From positions 90,250 through 154,249 of the forward strand of contig CAXHJY010001157.1 of the NCBI GenBank assembly GCA_964016885.1: a DNA stretch of 64,000 nt, read 5' to 3'. Positions 10,088-24,600 of this stretch are shown piece by piece; positions within the stretch are counted from its first letter, which is position 1; every line of letters starts with the position of its first letter. The translations under genes were made by a program, and so were the position numbers. This DNA comes from Eledone cirrhosa (taxonomy: Eukaryota). Below the pieces are notes generated by a model. The model was not told where the DNA came from. It made no database searches and saw only the letters and a list, made by a program, of their open reading frames with translations.

Positions 10088-10788
10088 CTTTGAATGACAT
10101 CCACGATGACACACATGAAGATATAGGTGGGCCGCATCAGGTGAGATATTTCATAGGTGTCCATTGTTCGGAATGTCGCAGGCTCTGGTGGTGCACCAAC
10201 AGTCAGTGAGTACTGTGCAATGCACACAGATAGCCAACCAAACAAGAAGAGCAGCACTGCAGCAACATCACTGTTATAAAGAGGCTTGATGTTGGAGACA
10301 GGCAGCAATGAAAGCAGAGCCATGCCACACATCATGCCAGATATCACAGAATGGATAAGTATGTTCACTCGATACTTCTTCACTGGTACAACAAACTCCA
10401 GAGTCTCTGGGGCGCAACAGGCAGTGAATTCCAACTCATCATCCTCGGAGAATGCGCAGTGCTTCTTGGTGATGACTGCCTCGCTCGCTTTCTGCGACTG
10501 CTGCTGGCATACCGTTGACAAAACTTGCACAGAGATGACGAAGATGGACATGATGGCACCGAAGATGTAAGCCGCCACTTCTGACTGAAGGAGGTAGAGT
10601 TCGACAAATGTCGTGAACATTGCAGCAAGGATGCATGGACAGATAAAGAAACATATCTGTGACAGGTAGACATATGTCGGAGCATCATAGCCAAGCCGGA
10701 GTTTAGGGCCGCCCAATATTGTCTGCGGCAACCTCTTTAAAAAAAAGTCCTGCTTATACTCATTCAATAAAGGGATGCCAGATCCCAT
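10088..10788 (-). CDS. PCNX4: Pecanex-like protein 4, first coding exon (ATG at 10788)
   Basis: ORF [34 protein letters not shown]...MDTYEISHLMRPTYIF matches the PCNX4 N-terminus as I recall it ([28 protein letters not shown]...). Ends at donor AG|GTAAGT (10088/10087), phase 2. Confidence 0.93.
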
Positions 10789-11483
10789 CTCAAAAGAAGT
10801 TTTTGGGGTGGGGTTTAAGTAAGTTAGGAAGTGATTAGAATATGTATGCAGGGTTCAAAGAGAGCTGGCTATTCTGCTGCTTAGGGGTCAGGGATTAACA
10901 AATAAATGGAAATGCTGACCATTTAGAAGATGTGACATTTTATCAAAGAAGAAGGCATCTCTTCTTATCTTCAGTTCATTGTTTCATAAAACTGTAAACT
11001 GAATGATGTAACACACAGTTTCAATTGGTGGGGATTGATGGAACTGGATAGATGTCCTTCCATATTTGGAGGGAGAAAGTAGGGAAAAGAAGAAGAAATG
11101 AGGGGGAGGGAGAGGAGACAAGACACAAATGAGGAAATGTGATGATGCGAGAAGGAGAAACAAGTAGAGAAATGTGATAGTAGGAAGAGGCAGGACCCAA
11201 GTGAAGAAATGTGGGAGGAGGAAGGAGCCAAACTACAACAAAAACAAAAATAAGAACTATTAACTTAACAGCTACTATTGTTTCTTCCTCTTTCGCTTCT
11301 TCTTCTGACAAATCCTTCTTATATTTAAGTGGGAGCTCACAGAGGTTTTCATCAATTACCTTACACAATTAAGTTCTGGCTGACCTCAAGCTCATACATA
11401 TACATGCATACACTCACTCACTCAAACACATGTATATGCACATAGAAAGATATTATATATAAATGTTAAATATACATAGATAT

Positions 11484-11562
<79 letters not shown>

Positions 11563-11639
11563 TATATAAGGAGGGGTATGTATTATATAAGTTGATGTTT
11601 TGAAGCTACTGTCTTCTAATAATAGCTAAAATCACTCAC

Positions 11640-12447
11640 CAAGAATAAGAAATAGCTGTTGTGATAATGGGAAAAATGTGAATATATCTTATTTTTAAAA
11701 ATGTCGGTAGTAGTTAGTGCATGAGTATGATGTTACCATGGACAATAAAGTCATATGGTTCAATACTTCATGGAAATGTGTTCAAATCTTATCAGTGTTA
11801 ATTCAAAAGGTGAAGGTCATGGGTTAAACTGGACAGGGTTAATTGCCATATTTAGATTTTGATAGGAAAGGACAGGAGTTTATAACAGTGGACATTCAGA
11901 TTAATAATTTTGGGGTATTCTTTTCCTTTGTAATTTCATATATATGTTGTTTTATGGTGTGTATGTATGGATCTGTACATATTAAATGGATTTAAGGGTG
12001 GTGATGGAGTGATTTATTGAGGCTTCGATAAATGCATCAGAATGTAACAATCCAGGTATGTTTGGTAGTAGATGGATGTGTCCTGGTACTATAATATTGT
12101 TGAGGAATGTAAGAAAAATGAACACTGAGCAGCCAGGGACAGTTATATTTCACTGAATACCTGGGACAAACTCACAAAAAAAGCAATGCCAATAATATGG
12201 TGCTACAATGATGTAAAGTTCCACACTTGTCTGCAGGTGCAGTTCCTGAATATTATATTACTGGCGTTATGGGAATGCTGTAATGTTTGTTTAAAAAAAG
12301 GAGTAAGAAATGGCTCTTAGTTCTGCAACTGGATGAGAAATCAATGAAAGGAATCATGTGAGAGGAAGATTCTTGCATGGGTCCTAATTTTTGCTGGAGA
12401 TTTTTCTGGTCTGTAAAGTCCTTTAAAAATCAATATTCAGTGTTCAT
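11640..12447 (-). other. Candidate non-coding 5'UTR exon of PCNX4
   Basis: Long polypyrimidine tract plus ccag acceptor at 12448-12449 and a TTG|GTGAGT donor at 11639. All three frames close within 6 codons of the acceptor. No transcript evidence. Confidence 0.3.
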
Positions 12448-14189
12448 CTGGAAAAAAAAAAAAGAAAAAAGAATTAAAGATAAAAACAAATATAAATGGA
12501 AAAATATGATATTCATATAATACACAAAATACACTGATCTGTGTGTGTGTATGTGTATGTGTGTGTGTGTGTGTATTACACGCGGGACACCAGCACCGAC
12601 CTGAAAATTTAGTAGTAAGGTCGATTTTCGTAAATCCTTCATAGGACTGCTGGCTGATAATAATTCCTTTGTCCAGAGCTTGTTGGTTATGGATTTATTA
12701 TTAATTGATGACCAGTGGATTCTCCATGGATTTGAAAGAGTACTATACCAGCTTAGGCATGGATTTTTGTGTGCTAAACTAAGAGGATACTGGCTGTTTC
12801 AATTGATGAAATTGCGAGTACTTTAACGTTTTTCACAGGTTGATCAGACAATTCAATAATTGCATTGTTTTCAGTTTTAGGTTTCTGGCTGGGACGTTGT
12901 ATTACAATTACTCCTTTGCATATGCTCCAAACGAATTTGTTGAGCAAATTGTAAACAAGAACAAAATCAATGGATATCGATCTAAACCCTTATTATATGT
13001 ATATATATAACAGTGTTGTAGTTTGCTTGAAGCATTGTCGAATAGGAAACACAAATTTAAATAATTTTAAAAACCATACAATGAACTAGAAAATTAAAAT
13101 TGCCAAGATAATAGAATCTTACCGTAGCAAATTTAATAATCCCAAATATTTTCGGGTTTAAGAACCTATTCGATCTTTTAAGGCCCTCATAGAGATACTC
13201 CCTTGATAATAGGTTTTTAATTAACTACATTAAGGGTGCACATGTCTGGGAAATGCTCAGGCACTTATATGTTAATTTCATAAGTAGGCAGTTCCATTGA
13301 TTGAATTAACTGGATCATTAGTTAAAAGAAACGATGGAGATCCAGCAACAGACAGACAAATAGATAGATAGATAAATAGATACATAGAGTCTTGTAGTTT
13401 GACTATGGTAAATAAAAAATAACTTCAATTATTTGAGACTATCATATGACATGAACATCATGACAAACTGTCAAGACAATAATCAAGGAGTGGAAAAAAA
13501 AATACAAGTATACTGATAGAAATCACAATCCTTACTAATCAAAATATCTTCCCCAATGAAGTGCGAAAACTATCAAAATATAAGGACCTTCTTCTTCGCC
13601 CACTTATTGCTCAGGGGGTCGTGGGGGCAGGGTCCCCAAACACTTCGTCCAGCAGGTCCTGTGAGAAGCAACCATCTCCAACTGATCTGGCTGGACCCCC
13701 AACTGTGACCAGCCAAGCTCATGGATGCGATCCAACCATCTTACTCAATACATTTTGTAACTCAGAGATCAGCGAGTCACTCCAGGCGGAGCCTCCACAT
13801 CTGTGAATTGAGAGATCACAGCTCTGATACTATGGGCATGTGGTTAGAATGTCAAAATAAAAAAAAATAAAAAAAAAAATTGCTGGACAGATTTTATTGG
13901 AAAAAACCAACCAGCAAGAGACCCAGGGGTAGACAAGGACTTCTAAATTAAAACAAACAAGGTGTGGAGCATGAAAGTAAAAACAAGGCTAATAACTATT
14001 AGAGCACAAGGTATAAAATAACATGAACAAAAACATAGAAGCCATGCCAAGGCTGACAATACTACACATTGTCCAAAAAATAGCCTTCCTACAAATAGAC
14101 CGCATCCTGTGCAAGACATGAATTCAATAGTAAAAATTCAAATAGAACATACTCTACACAATAAGAACCTAATAAAATAACACAACTAA

Positions 14190-14420
14190 CACAACATATA
14201 CTGTACAGGATTAACACTCAATAACACAACATATACTGTACAGGATTAACACTCAATAAAATAACACAACACATACTACATAATATGTACAGGATTAACA
14301 CTCAATAACAATACAACACAACACACACTGTACAGGGTTAACACTTAATAACACAACACACCTCACACTACATAATACTGTACAGGATTAACACTCAATA
14401 AAATAACACAACTCATACTT
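14190..14420. repeat. Diverged short tandem repeat (tgtacaggattaacactcaata core)
   Basis: About 5 recurrences of the core in 230 bp. Confidence 0.7.
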
Positions 14421-14899
14421 TTACATAACTGATACTCGATGCTGCAACTCTAATAACTCACACAACCAGCATTCTAGACAGCTGCATCACATTAATGCTA
14501 CACAAGTCATACACTGCACACCCGACACTGAGACATATTACACCAATTACACAACACATATAGAATATAGTCACCACCCAACAACAACAACTCACATTAC
14601 ACATACTCTACACAACAGACCTAATGTGAAAATAACACCAGAAAATACATGCTAAAACCCATAACAAAAAAAAAAAAGAAAGACTGATGCAGTACACTAA
14701 CAACAACAAACATCTCAGGAATACTGTGGTGCACTTGGTGATCTAGTAGAAACTTGAATGAAACTAATGAAATAATAATAATAATAATAACAATAATAAT
14801 AATAATTCCTTAGATAAACAAAAAGTCAGAGATAATTGCGGAAAATTTAAAATGGAGAAAAGTAGAAAAGTAAAAGAGTTAGAGAAGGAAAGAGTGTGC

Positions 14900-14964
<65 letters not shown>

Positions 14965-16034
14965 TTACCAAGTCTATAAGCTTCCCTCACTTCCATCAAT
15001 TTAATTTTTTTTTTTATTCATTTATTCGATAATTCTTTCAACATTTTCAACAACAATAAAAAAAATAATATATATATATTTTCAAAAGGAAATTAAATAA
15101 ACTCTCCTCTCCCCTTTCCCAACATTTTTTTCTCTCCAAAAGGCTGCTAGAGAAAAACACACACATGAATACACACACACATATACACAAACACACACAT
15201 ATACACAAACACACAAATATACACAAACACACACATATATATAGACACACAGACCAAATATTTAAGAATCATTTCTCTTTTCCATTTTTGTTTCATATTT
15301 AACAAATTCTTGAAACAAAAGACATTTATTAATCAAAGATTGGTATTTATTTCATTTTATTTTTATTTTAATTAAATTTGTTTTTTTTTTAATGTGTTTT
15401 GTTTCTGCTCAGATTTGTTTTCATCTTTTTTATATTTTATCATCTTCAGGATGCTGATGGCATCATTGTGGTGGTAATAGCGTCAGCTTATGATGAGAGA
15501 TACTGCTGCAATGATGAGAAATAAAGTCTGAAATTTCATCTCAAATTCTTCAAGTCTTTGATTTTCTTCATCATCATCATAACTGTATTATATCTATTTT
15601 CCATGCTTGTATGAGTTACACAGGTTGTCAAGTTCTGAAGCTAGACAAGTCAGAATGATTGCATCTCACTCATACATTCAGTTTTCTGGCATGGTTTCTA
15701 TGGCTGGATGTCCTTCTTAATGCCAACCACTTCACAGTGTGTACCGAGTGTATTTTATCATGACATCACTATTACTATTTGACATGGTGAAATGAGTTTT
15801 TTTTATATTGTGGCACCAGCACAACCAATTTATATTTTATTTATAGTATTTTATTTGGTGGTAATGGCAAAATATGGGGGAAATATTTTTGTTCTCTCTT
15901 CAAAATAAATCTAATCCTTTTGAAACTGGCTCTGTTTCAAAGAGTAAAAAAAAACCCACCCAATTTAAAATCTTAGTAATGAAATAATGAAATCCCTTAA
16001 AATTGTTAATTATTTAATTTCAAAACACAACAGA

Positions 16035-16948
16035 ACCCTCTGAGTTCAGAGAACGTGAGGCCGCCTGTGAGACGTGGGACCGGCTGGGACTTAGCCCAGT
16101 AGACGTCCCTCTTCCTTCTCCCCCTATTGACGCCAAGTCCCCCAACACACTTGGGATGCCATCCAGTGCAGCCTGGCCTCAGACAGGCTCACGCGCCAGC
16201 TCGACCAGCACCGCCTTGCTTTTTTTCGTGTGGCTTCCAAACCCAACAGTGGTACCTGACTCCATGCCCTGCCCTCCTTCTCCACTGGCATGCAGCTAGA
16301 CAACCATAGCCTGCGCATCGGCGTTTCCCTGAGGCTCGGCCTCCGGATCTGCCAGCCACACCAATGTCGCTGCAGTTCCACCGTGGACTCTTTCGGTCTC
16401 CACCTGCTTTCCTGTCGCCACAGTGCCGGCCGCATTCCATGCCATGTTGCCCTCAATGAGGTCATTAAGCATGGCTTGGACGCTGCAGTCTTCCCTTCCG
16501 AGCTCGAGCCGGTGCTCCATGACCATCTTCCCGTTCCGCGGTGGCAAACCCCTCATCTGGGATGCCACTTGCACCGACACTTTCTGCAGCCGCAACCTGG
16601 TGCAGTCTGCGACTGACCGAGGTTCTGCTGCACGTCGAGCTGAGGGGGCCAAACTCCTCAAATACCGGTCGCTCTCCGACAGGTTTGCGGTCGTACCCCT
16701 GGTAATGGAGACTTCTGGTGTCCTCGGCTCCAGGGCTACCTCCTTACTCACCACCATAGGCGCTGAGCTGGCCAGCTGCAGGTATGAGCTCTGCGAGTTG
16801 GAGTGGCTTTTCCAGCGCGTCTCCCTTGCCGTCCTCCGGGGAAACACCTTCTCCATTCTGTCAGCCGGGGCTGTGGGTGGGCCCCATCGCGTACCGTTGT
16901 AGTTGTTGTAGAGGAAACAGGAAGACAACTGGAAAGTTTGATTTTCTA
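16035..16948 (+). mobile_element. CRE-clade non-LTR retrotransposon 3' fragment (zinc knuckle plus restriction-like endonuclease), pseudogenised
   Basis: GC-rich island encoding LRIGVSLRLG..CRC..GLHLLSC..H.ALN and WDATCTDTF..AARRAEGAK..KY..VPLVMETSGVLG..LFQRVSLAVLRGN, typical of CRE/Cre RLE C-termini. A frameshift or deletion removes the RPD motif region. Confidence 0.85.
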
Positions 16949-18244
16949 TTATACTGCTGTCTTTTGTTGGAAATACGGATTAGTTTAATTGAAAGAAAGT
17001 ATTTGTTACATTAGAAATATGGTAAGGTTTACTCTGCTGTGTGAAACCAATTTCAAAAAGGTGCACTCTATTTCTGTATGTCATAAATGGTGACTAAAAG
17101 GATTGGCACCAAGGAGAACATCCGGTCATAAAATATTGCCTTCAAAAAGACCCCATGGTATGAAGACTGTTATGGGGTTAACATGACTATCCTGTTTTAG
17201 CAGGGAATATGATCTTAAAGCACTTGTTGTTGTGGGGTCTTAAAAATAAGATTAACTCTTTCATTTTTATATTTCTAACGAATGACACTACAATTTATTT
17301 TCAAATAATTTTGAAAATAATCCAGAAATTAGAAGAATTGTCTAATATAACTATCTTTTTCACTATTAAGCTGGTCCTCGGAAAATAACTTAAAGGTTCT
17401 TACATAAAATTGTGATGGGAAGTTTTTAGATAACAACCACGTATATGATATTTCATTTCTGTATAATTATTGCTTTAATTTCAAATGTCACTTAACAACT
17501 TGGATTCTCTATCCCACTGGGCTGCCATAGGATACAGATACCATAACTCCTTGTGGAGGCGTAGAGGTACCGTCATTCGGCGTGTCTAGGGCACATTTAA
17601 ACCTGGCAGAGCCCAACCCTCTCCAGGTCTGAACACAGCTGATTTTTTCTATAGAGGAAGAATCGACCCCAGTACTGGACTGGTACTTTTTTTATCCACC
17701 TCGAAAGGATGAAAGGCAAAGTTGACATGGCAGGATTTGAACTCAGGGTACACAATGAAGTGGGATGAATACTGTGATGCATTCTATCCGATATCTTAAT
17801 GACTCTGCCATAGAAACTTATAGTAAGATATCATTTTAAGATTTAAATGTTATCTAACCTATTGTAATTCACAAACTAGTATAGTGTTGGGAGAATTTAT
17901 CATATCCCCCCACCCCACATATATATTTCTTTCCTGTATTAACATTGTTTTAATTTTAAATGTTACTTAGCAACATAGCAACCCCCAGCTGACTTTCTTG
18001 TATCCTGCTGTCCCTGTTAACAGGGTTAGACAGGTTGCCACATTCTGAGGCTAGACAGGTCAGATGACTGTATCTTGCTCATATGTTCCATTCTGGCATG
18101 GGTCCTATGGCTGGATGCTCTTTCTCTTGCCAATGACTTCATGCCATGTACCAAATGCGTTTTCTCATGACATGTACAACACCTTCTTTGCTAGCATGGG
18201 AAAATGGATGTTAAATGTTGGTGCTGATAAACACTTTAAAACAA

Positions 18245-19527
18245 GCAGTTTTGTAATAAAAGTCGGTTTGGTTTTCTTAGTGAAAATGAGTCAGTTTTAA
18301 ACCGAAAGCAATTTATTCAATCAATGTTATATTTGCCATTTTGTTCCAGTACCTTCCGCCATCTTCTAGGTAGATCCATTATTCCCTGTTCAAAGAATTT
18401 CCTGTCTGTAGCGGCGAAGAACCCTTCCAAAATAATTTTCACATCTTCTGAAGAATTGAAGGTTTGTCTCCATTGAAAGAATTTTGAAGAGACCGAAACA
18501 GGTGAAAATCTGAAGGAACAAGGTCGGGATAATATTGAGGGTGCAGCAAAACTTTCCAGTCAAACCCTAATAACTTATGCTGAGTCTGCAAGGAAGTGTG
18601 TGGTCTGGTATTGTCTTGATGAAAGACTATGCCCTTTTGATTAGCAAGTTCTGGACACTTCTGGGGGATCACTGCATTTAATTTATCCAGCTGTTCACAA
18701 TAGATATCCATATTGATGGTCCTGTTTGTGGGAAGAAGCTCATAAAAGACAACACTCTTCCAATCCCACTAAATTGAAAGCATAATCTTCTTTGGGTGCC
18801 CTGCCTTGGAGGGTGTTTGTGGTGGTTTTCGGTGCTTCCCTCATGATTGTTTTCTCTTCACATTGTTATAGACAATCCATTTTTCATATCCAGTTACCAT
18901 TTTCTTCAAAAAGAGATCGTTTTCTTCATGTTTAAGCAAGGAATTGCAAATGGAAATCCATTGGGTGAGGTTGGCTTTATTCAATTTATGGGGAACCCAA
19001 ACATTGATTCTACTGATGTAACCAATTTTATGCAGATAGTTTTCTAAACTTGATTTGGATATCTGGAGAATATCTGCGATCTCCCTAGTTGTAAGATGGG
19101 AGTTGGTGTTAACTAACTCCTTCACTTGGTTGCTGTTAATCACAGTTGACTGTCCAAAATAAAGTGCATCTTGAGTTGAAAAAATTCCCAATCGAAATCT
19201 TGAAAACCACTTCTGGCATACACGTTCTGTAAAGGCAACCTCCCTGCACACAGCACATGTATTCATGCAAGTTTCTGATGCATTATCTTTTTTTTAAGTA
19301 AAAAAGCATGATGTGTCGATAATGTTCATTTTGGTTTTCCAATTTGAGGGTTAAGATAAAGGCACAAAATGCATCCAATCTCGTCAGAGTTTCGCTACAA
19401 ACTACTTTGAAGTATCAAGTATTTAATGAGTGCATACTTGGAAGGAAAAAAGTAAAGTTAGCAATTATGAGAACGCCTGAAGTTTAGTATTGGCAAAAAC
19501 TGAACAGACTTTTTGGCAAACCCAATA
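18245..19527 (-). mobile_element. Mariner (Tc1/mariner DD34D) transposon, decayed
   Basis: Broken ORFs 18841-19266 (WVPHKL, KMVTGYEKWI) and 18439-18711 (FHQDNTRPH, YYPDLVPSDFHLF). TIR-like end ...actttttggcaaacccaata at 19500-19527; degenerate partner near 18245. Confidence 0.88.
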
Positions 19528-20079
19528 GAACCAGGGTTGGTTTCAGGTAGCTTGGTAACAAAATAAATTTAATATCAGCACAAAAAAATATATATATATG
19601 TGGTCAATTGGTAGTGTCATTAGGGCATCAGACTAACCATTTTTTATACTAAACCACCCATGATTCTATGAGAGAAAGCCATGTATTTTAAAGTGTTTAT
19701 ATTTATCTAAGAACCTGACATCATAATTTTATGTAAGCACCTTTGTTAAGTTATGTTCCAAATACCAGATAAATAATGAGAAAGAATAAAAACAATGTTA
19801 TTGAATGATTCAACAGTTCCTTTCTGTCATCCTCTTGCCATAATGTTGCTGCTGTTGGTATTGTTGCTGTTATAGTTTTACTGTTGTTTTCGTAATTGTC
19901 ATATTTTACTTGTGCAAATTTCTGCTCTATGTAACATAGTGCAGCTGATATACTGTGATTGAAAAGATGCAGTTGGCCTAGTGCAGTTGATGAAATGATG
20001 CAGTTGATGTTTGTTTCTTGTTTTTTTTTTTTTTACTGCAATTAATTCTTCTTGACTTAGCAGTCATGTCTTGCTCCAC

Positions 20080-20295
20080 CATCACCATCACTACCCCCCC
20101 CCCCCCCTACTACCACCACCACCACCACCACCACCACCACCACCACTATCACCACCACCACCACCACTACTATCATCACCATTACACACACACACACATA
20201 TTTATGCATACATATGACTAAATGTACAGTCACACACCACTAAACACAAAACATTGATGGGAGAAGGGGGTCTGGTAGTGATGGTGGTAGGGTTG

Positions 20296-20335
<40 letters not shown>

Positions 20336-20900
20336 TCCTAAACATAAACACACACACACATGATCTGTACATCCACCACCACCACCACATACCCTCAATA
20401 AATTTCATTAGCTCTATCAATGGAGATGATGTTGATGATGATGGATATGATAAGGGAGGCAATGATGATGATGGCAATAGTAATAATTGTTTCTACTTTA
20501 GGCACAAGGCCAGCAATTATCCCAGTGCATTACTGGTACTTTATTTTATCGACCCCTTAAGGATGAAAGGCAAAGTCAACCTCGGCGGGATTTGAACTCA
20601 GACCGTAAAGGGACGTAACTATGCTGGAAAGCATGGTGTCCGACCCTCTACCGATACTGCCAATTCACACACCGGTGATGGCAATAGTAATAATGATGCT
20701 GATGCTGCAGCAGCTGACGACAATAATAGTGATGATGATGATGATAATAATGATGAAGGTGGTGGTGGTAGTGATGATATTAATGATGATGATGATGGTG
20801 GTGGTGATGATGATGGTAGTGGTGGTGATATTGATGATGGTAGTGGTGGTGGTGGTGGTGATAATATTGATGATGATGATGATAATGATGGTGGTCGACC
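20080..20900. repeat. Low-complexity (CAC)n/(CA)n/(GAT/GGT)n microsatellite cluster with an embedded SINE
   Basis: Simple repeats are directly visible. SINE at 20483-20665. Confidence 0.85.
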
Positions 20901-21617
20901 ATTTCTAAAATAGCTTGGCTGCCATTCAGTAACAACCAAGAATAGTAGAGTTTTATATGGTTTGTAATTTCCTTTCCAGTTCTTCTTGTATCTTCTATTC
21001 TCACTGTTGACCACTGCTGACCGAAATCTCACCAATTCCACCTTGGCACCTACTTCCTATTTCCTCTCCAGCAGACATCAGGCATGTCCAACTCAATACT
21101 ATATATTCATTGTAGACTGAAATCTCACCAATTCCATCTTGGCACCTCCTCCTCTTCTTCCTATTTCCTCTCTATCAGACATGTCCAACTAAATATTATT
21201 TATTCTGGATCTTCCTGTTTATTTCCATCAAACTCCTTGTCTGTCTGTTAGTTTAACTATCTGTCAATCTAATCTATCAATCTATATCTAATATATCCAT
21301 CATTATCTATTTATCAATCTATCTAACCCACTTATCTATTAAATCTATCTAATGTAACTGTCAATCTATCTATCTAGCTGTCTTCCGACCTACCCAACCA
21401 CCCTCATCCATGTATATAACTGGCACCATTTCGTTGCTGTTTTAAGAAGATGCACAGTGTGTGGTTTATGAAACTGTCAATTTTTCTTGATCTTCCTCAC
21501 TGTGTAATAGCTTCCACTACTTCCCATTACAACTAGTAAAGTGTGTTACTCACCACAGTCTATCTAGCTGCACTATCTACCACCACTTCCAGCTACAGCT
21601 ATTGTGGTGTATTACTT

Positions 21618-24600
21618 TAGACAAGGTACTCTACTTACCACAGTCTACCTAGCTGTATAACAGGTGTCACCTCTTCTTGCTATATCTACTATGTTGTGTC
21701 ACCTTAGACAAGGTACTCTAGTTACCACAGTCTACCTAGCTGTATTACAGGTGCCACCTCTTCTTGCTATAGCTACTATGTTGTGTCACCTTAGACAAGG
21801 TACTCTAGTTACCACAGTCTACCTAGCTGTATAACAGGTGTCACCTCTTCTTGCTATAGCTACTGTGTTGTGTCACCTTAGACAGGGTACTCTACTTACC
21901 ACAGTCTACCTAGCTGTATAACAGGTGCCACCTCTTCTTGCTATAGCTACTATGTTGTGTCACCTTAGACAAGGTACTCTACTTACCACAGTCTACCTAG
22001 CTGTATAACAGGTGCCACCTCTTCTTGCTATAGCTACTGTGTTGTGTCACCTTAGACAAGGTACTCTACTTACCACAGTCTACCTAGCTGTATAACAGGT
22101 GTCACCTCTTCTTGCTATAGCTACTATGTTGTGTCACCTTAGACAAGGTACTCTACTTACCACAGTCTACCTAGCTGTATTACAGGTGCCACCCCTTCTT
22201 GCTATATCTACTGTGTTGTGTCACCTTAGACAAGGTACTCTACTTACCACAGTCTACCTAGCTGTATAACAGGTGTCACCTCTTCTTGCTATAGCTACTG
22301 TGTTGTGTCACCTTAGACAAGGTACTCTACTTACCACAGTCTACCTAGCTGTATAACAGGTGCCACCTCTTCTTGCTATATCTACTGCGTTGTGTCACCT
22401 TAGACAAGGTACTCTACTTACCACAGTCTACCTAGCTGTATTACAGGTGCCACCCCTTCTTGCTATATCTACTGTGTTGTGTCACCTTAGACAAGGTACT
22501 CTACTTACCACAGTCTACCTAGCTGTATAACAGGTGCCACCTCTTCTTGCTATAGCTACTGTGTTGTGTCACCTTAGACAAGGTACTCTACTTACCACAG
22601 TCTACCTAGCTGTATAACAGGTGCCACCCCTTCTTGCTATAGCTACTGTGTTGTGTCACCTTAGACAAGGTACTCTAGTTACCACAGTCTACCTAGCTGT
22701 ATAACAGGTGCCACCTCTTCTTGCTATAGCTACTGTGTTGTGTCACCTTAGACAAGGTACTCTACTTACCACAGTCTACCTAGCTGTATAACAGGTGCCA
22801 CCTCTTCTTGCTATATCTACTGTGTTGTGTCACCTTAGACAAGGTACTCTAGTTACCACAGTCTACCTAGCTGTATAACAGGTGTCACCTCTTCTTGCTA
22901 TAGCTACTGTGTTGTGTCACCTTAGACAGGGTACTCTAGTTACCACAGTCTACCTAGCTGTATTACAGGTGCCACCCCTTCTTGCTATAGCTACTGTGTT
23001 GTGTCACCTTAGACAAGGTACTCTAGTTACCACAGTCTACCTAGCTGTATTACAGGTGCCACCCCTTCTTGCTATAGCTACTATGTTGTGTCACCTTAGA
23101 CAGGGTACTCTAGTTACCACAGTCTACCTAGCTGTATAACAGGTGCCACCTCTTCTTGCTATAGCTACTATGTTGTGTCACCTTAGACAAGGTACTCTAC
23201 TTACCACAGTCTACCTAGCTGTATAACAGGTGCCACCCCTTCTTGCTATAGCTACTGTGTTGTGTCACCTTAGACAAGGTACTCTACTTACCACAGTCTA
23301 CCTAGCTGTATAACAGGTGCCACCTCTTCTTGCTATAGCTACTGTGTTGTGTCACCTTAGACAGGGTACTCTACTTACCACAGTCTACCTAGCTGTATAA
23401 CAGGTGTCACCTCTTCTTGCTATAGCTACTGTGTTGTGTCACCTTAGACAAGGTACTCTACTTACCACAGTCTACCTAGCTGTATTACAGGTGCCACCTC
23501 TTCTTGCTATAGCTACTGTGTTGTGTCACCTTAGACAGGGTACTCTACTTACCACAGTCTACCTAGCTGTATAACAGGTGCCACCTCTTCTTGCTATAGC
23601 TACTGTGTTGTGTCACCTTAGACAAGGTACTCTACTTACCACAGTCTACCTAGCTGTATAACAGGTGTCACCTCTTCTTGCTATAGCTACTGTGTTGTGT
23701 CACCTTAGACAGGGTACTCTACTTACCACAGTCTACCTAGCTGTATAACAGGTGCCACCTCTTCTTGCTATAGCTACTGTGTTGTGTCACCTTAGACAGG
23801 GTACTCTACTTACCACAGTCTACCTAGCTGTATAACAGGTGTCACCTCTTCTTGCTATAGCTACTGTGTTGTGTCACCTTAGACAGGGTACTCTACTTAC
23901 CACAGTCTACCTAGCTGTATAACAGGTGTCACCTCTTCTTGCTATAGCTACTGTGTTGTGTCACCTTAGACAGGGTACTCTACTTACCACAGTCTACCTA
24001 GCTGTATAACAGGTGTCACCTCTTCTTGCTATAGCTACTGTGTTGTGTCACCTTAGACAGGGTACTCTACTTACCACAGTCTACCTAGCTGTATAACAGG
24101 TGCCACCTCTTCTTGCTATAGCTACTGTGTTGTGTCACCTTAGACAGGGTACTCTACTTACCACAGTCTACCTAGCTGTATAACAGGTGTCACCTCTTCT
24201 TGCTATAGCTACTGTGTTGTGTCACCTTAGACAAGGTACTCTACTTACCACAGTCTACCTAGCTGTATAACAGGTGTCACCTCTTCTTGCTATAGCTACT
24301 GTGTTGTGTCACCTTAGACAGGGTACTCTACTTACCACAGTCTACCTAGCTGTATAACAGGTGCCACCTCTTCTTGCTATAGCTACTGTGTTGTGTCACC
24401 TTAGACAGGGTACTCTACTTACCACAGTCTACCTAGCTGTATAACAGGTGTCACCTCTTCTTGCTATAGCTACTGTGTTGTGTCACCTTAGACAGGGTAC
24501 TCTACTTACCACAGTCTACCTAGCTGTATAACAGGTGTCACCTCTTCTTGCTATAGCTACTGTGTTGTGTCACCTTAGACAGGGTACTCTACTTACCACA

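Noticed and set aside
11021-11368. ORF with acidic stretch KDLSEEEAKEEET upstream of PCNX4
   Set aside because: No recognisable homology or convincing splice context; low-complexity purine/pyrimidine-biased DNA.
16296-16928. 210-aa minus-strand ORF
   Set aside because: Antisense shadow of the GC-rich CRE endonuclease frame.
20080-20900. His-rich or Met/Val-rich short ORFs (also 29928-30552)
   Set aside because: Translations of (CAC)n/(GAT)n/(GGT)n simple repeats.
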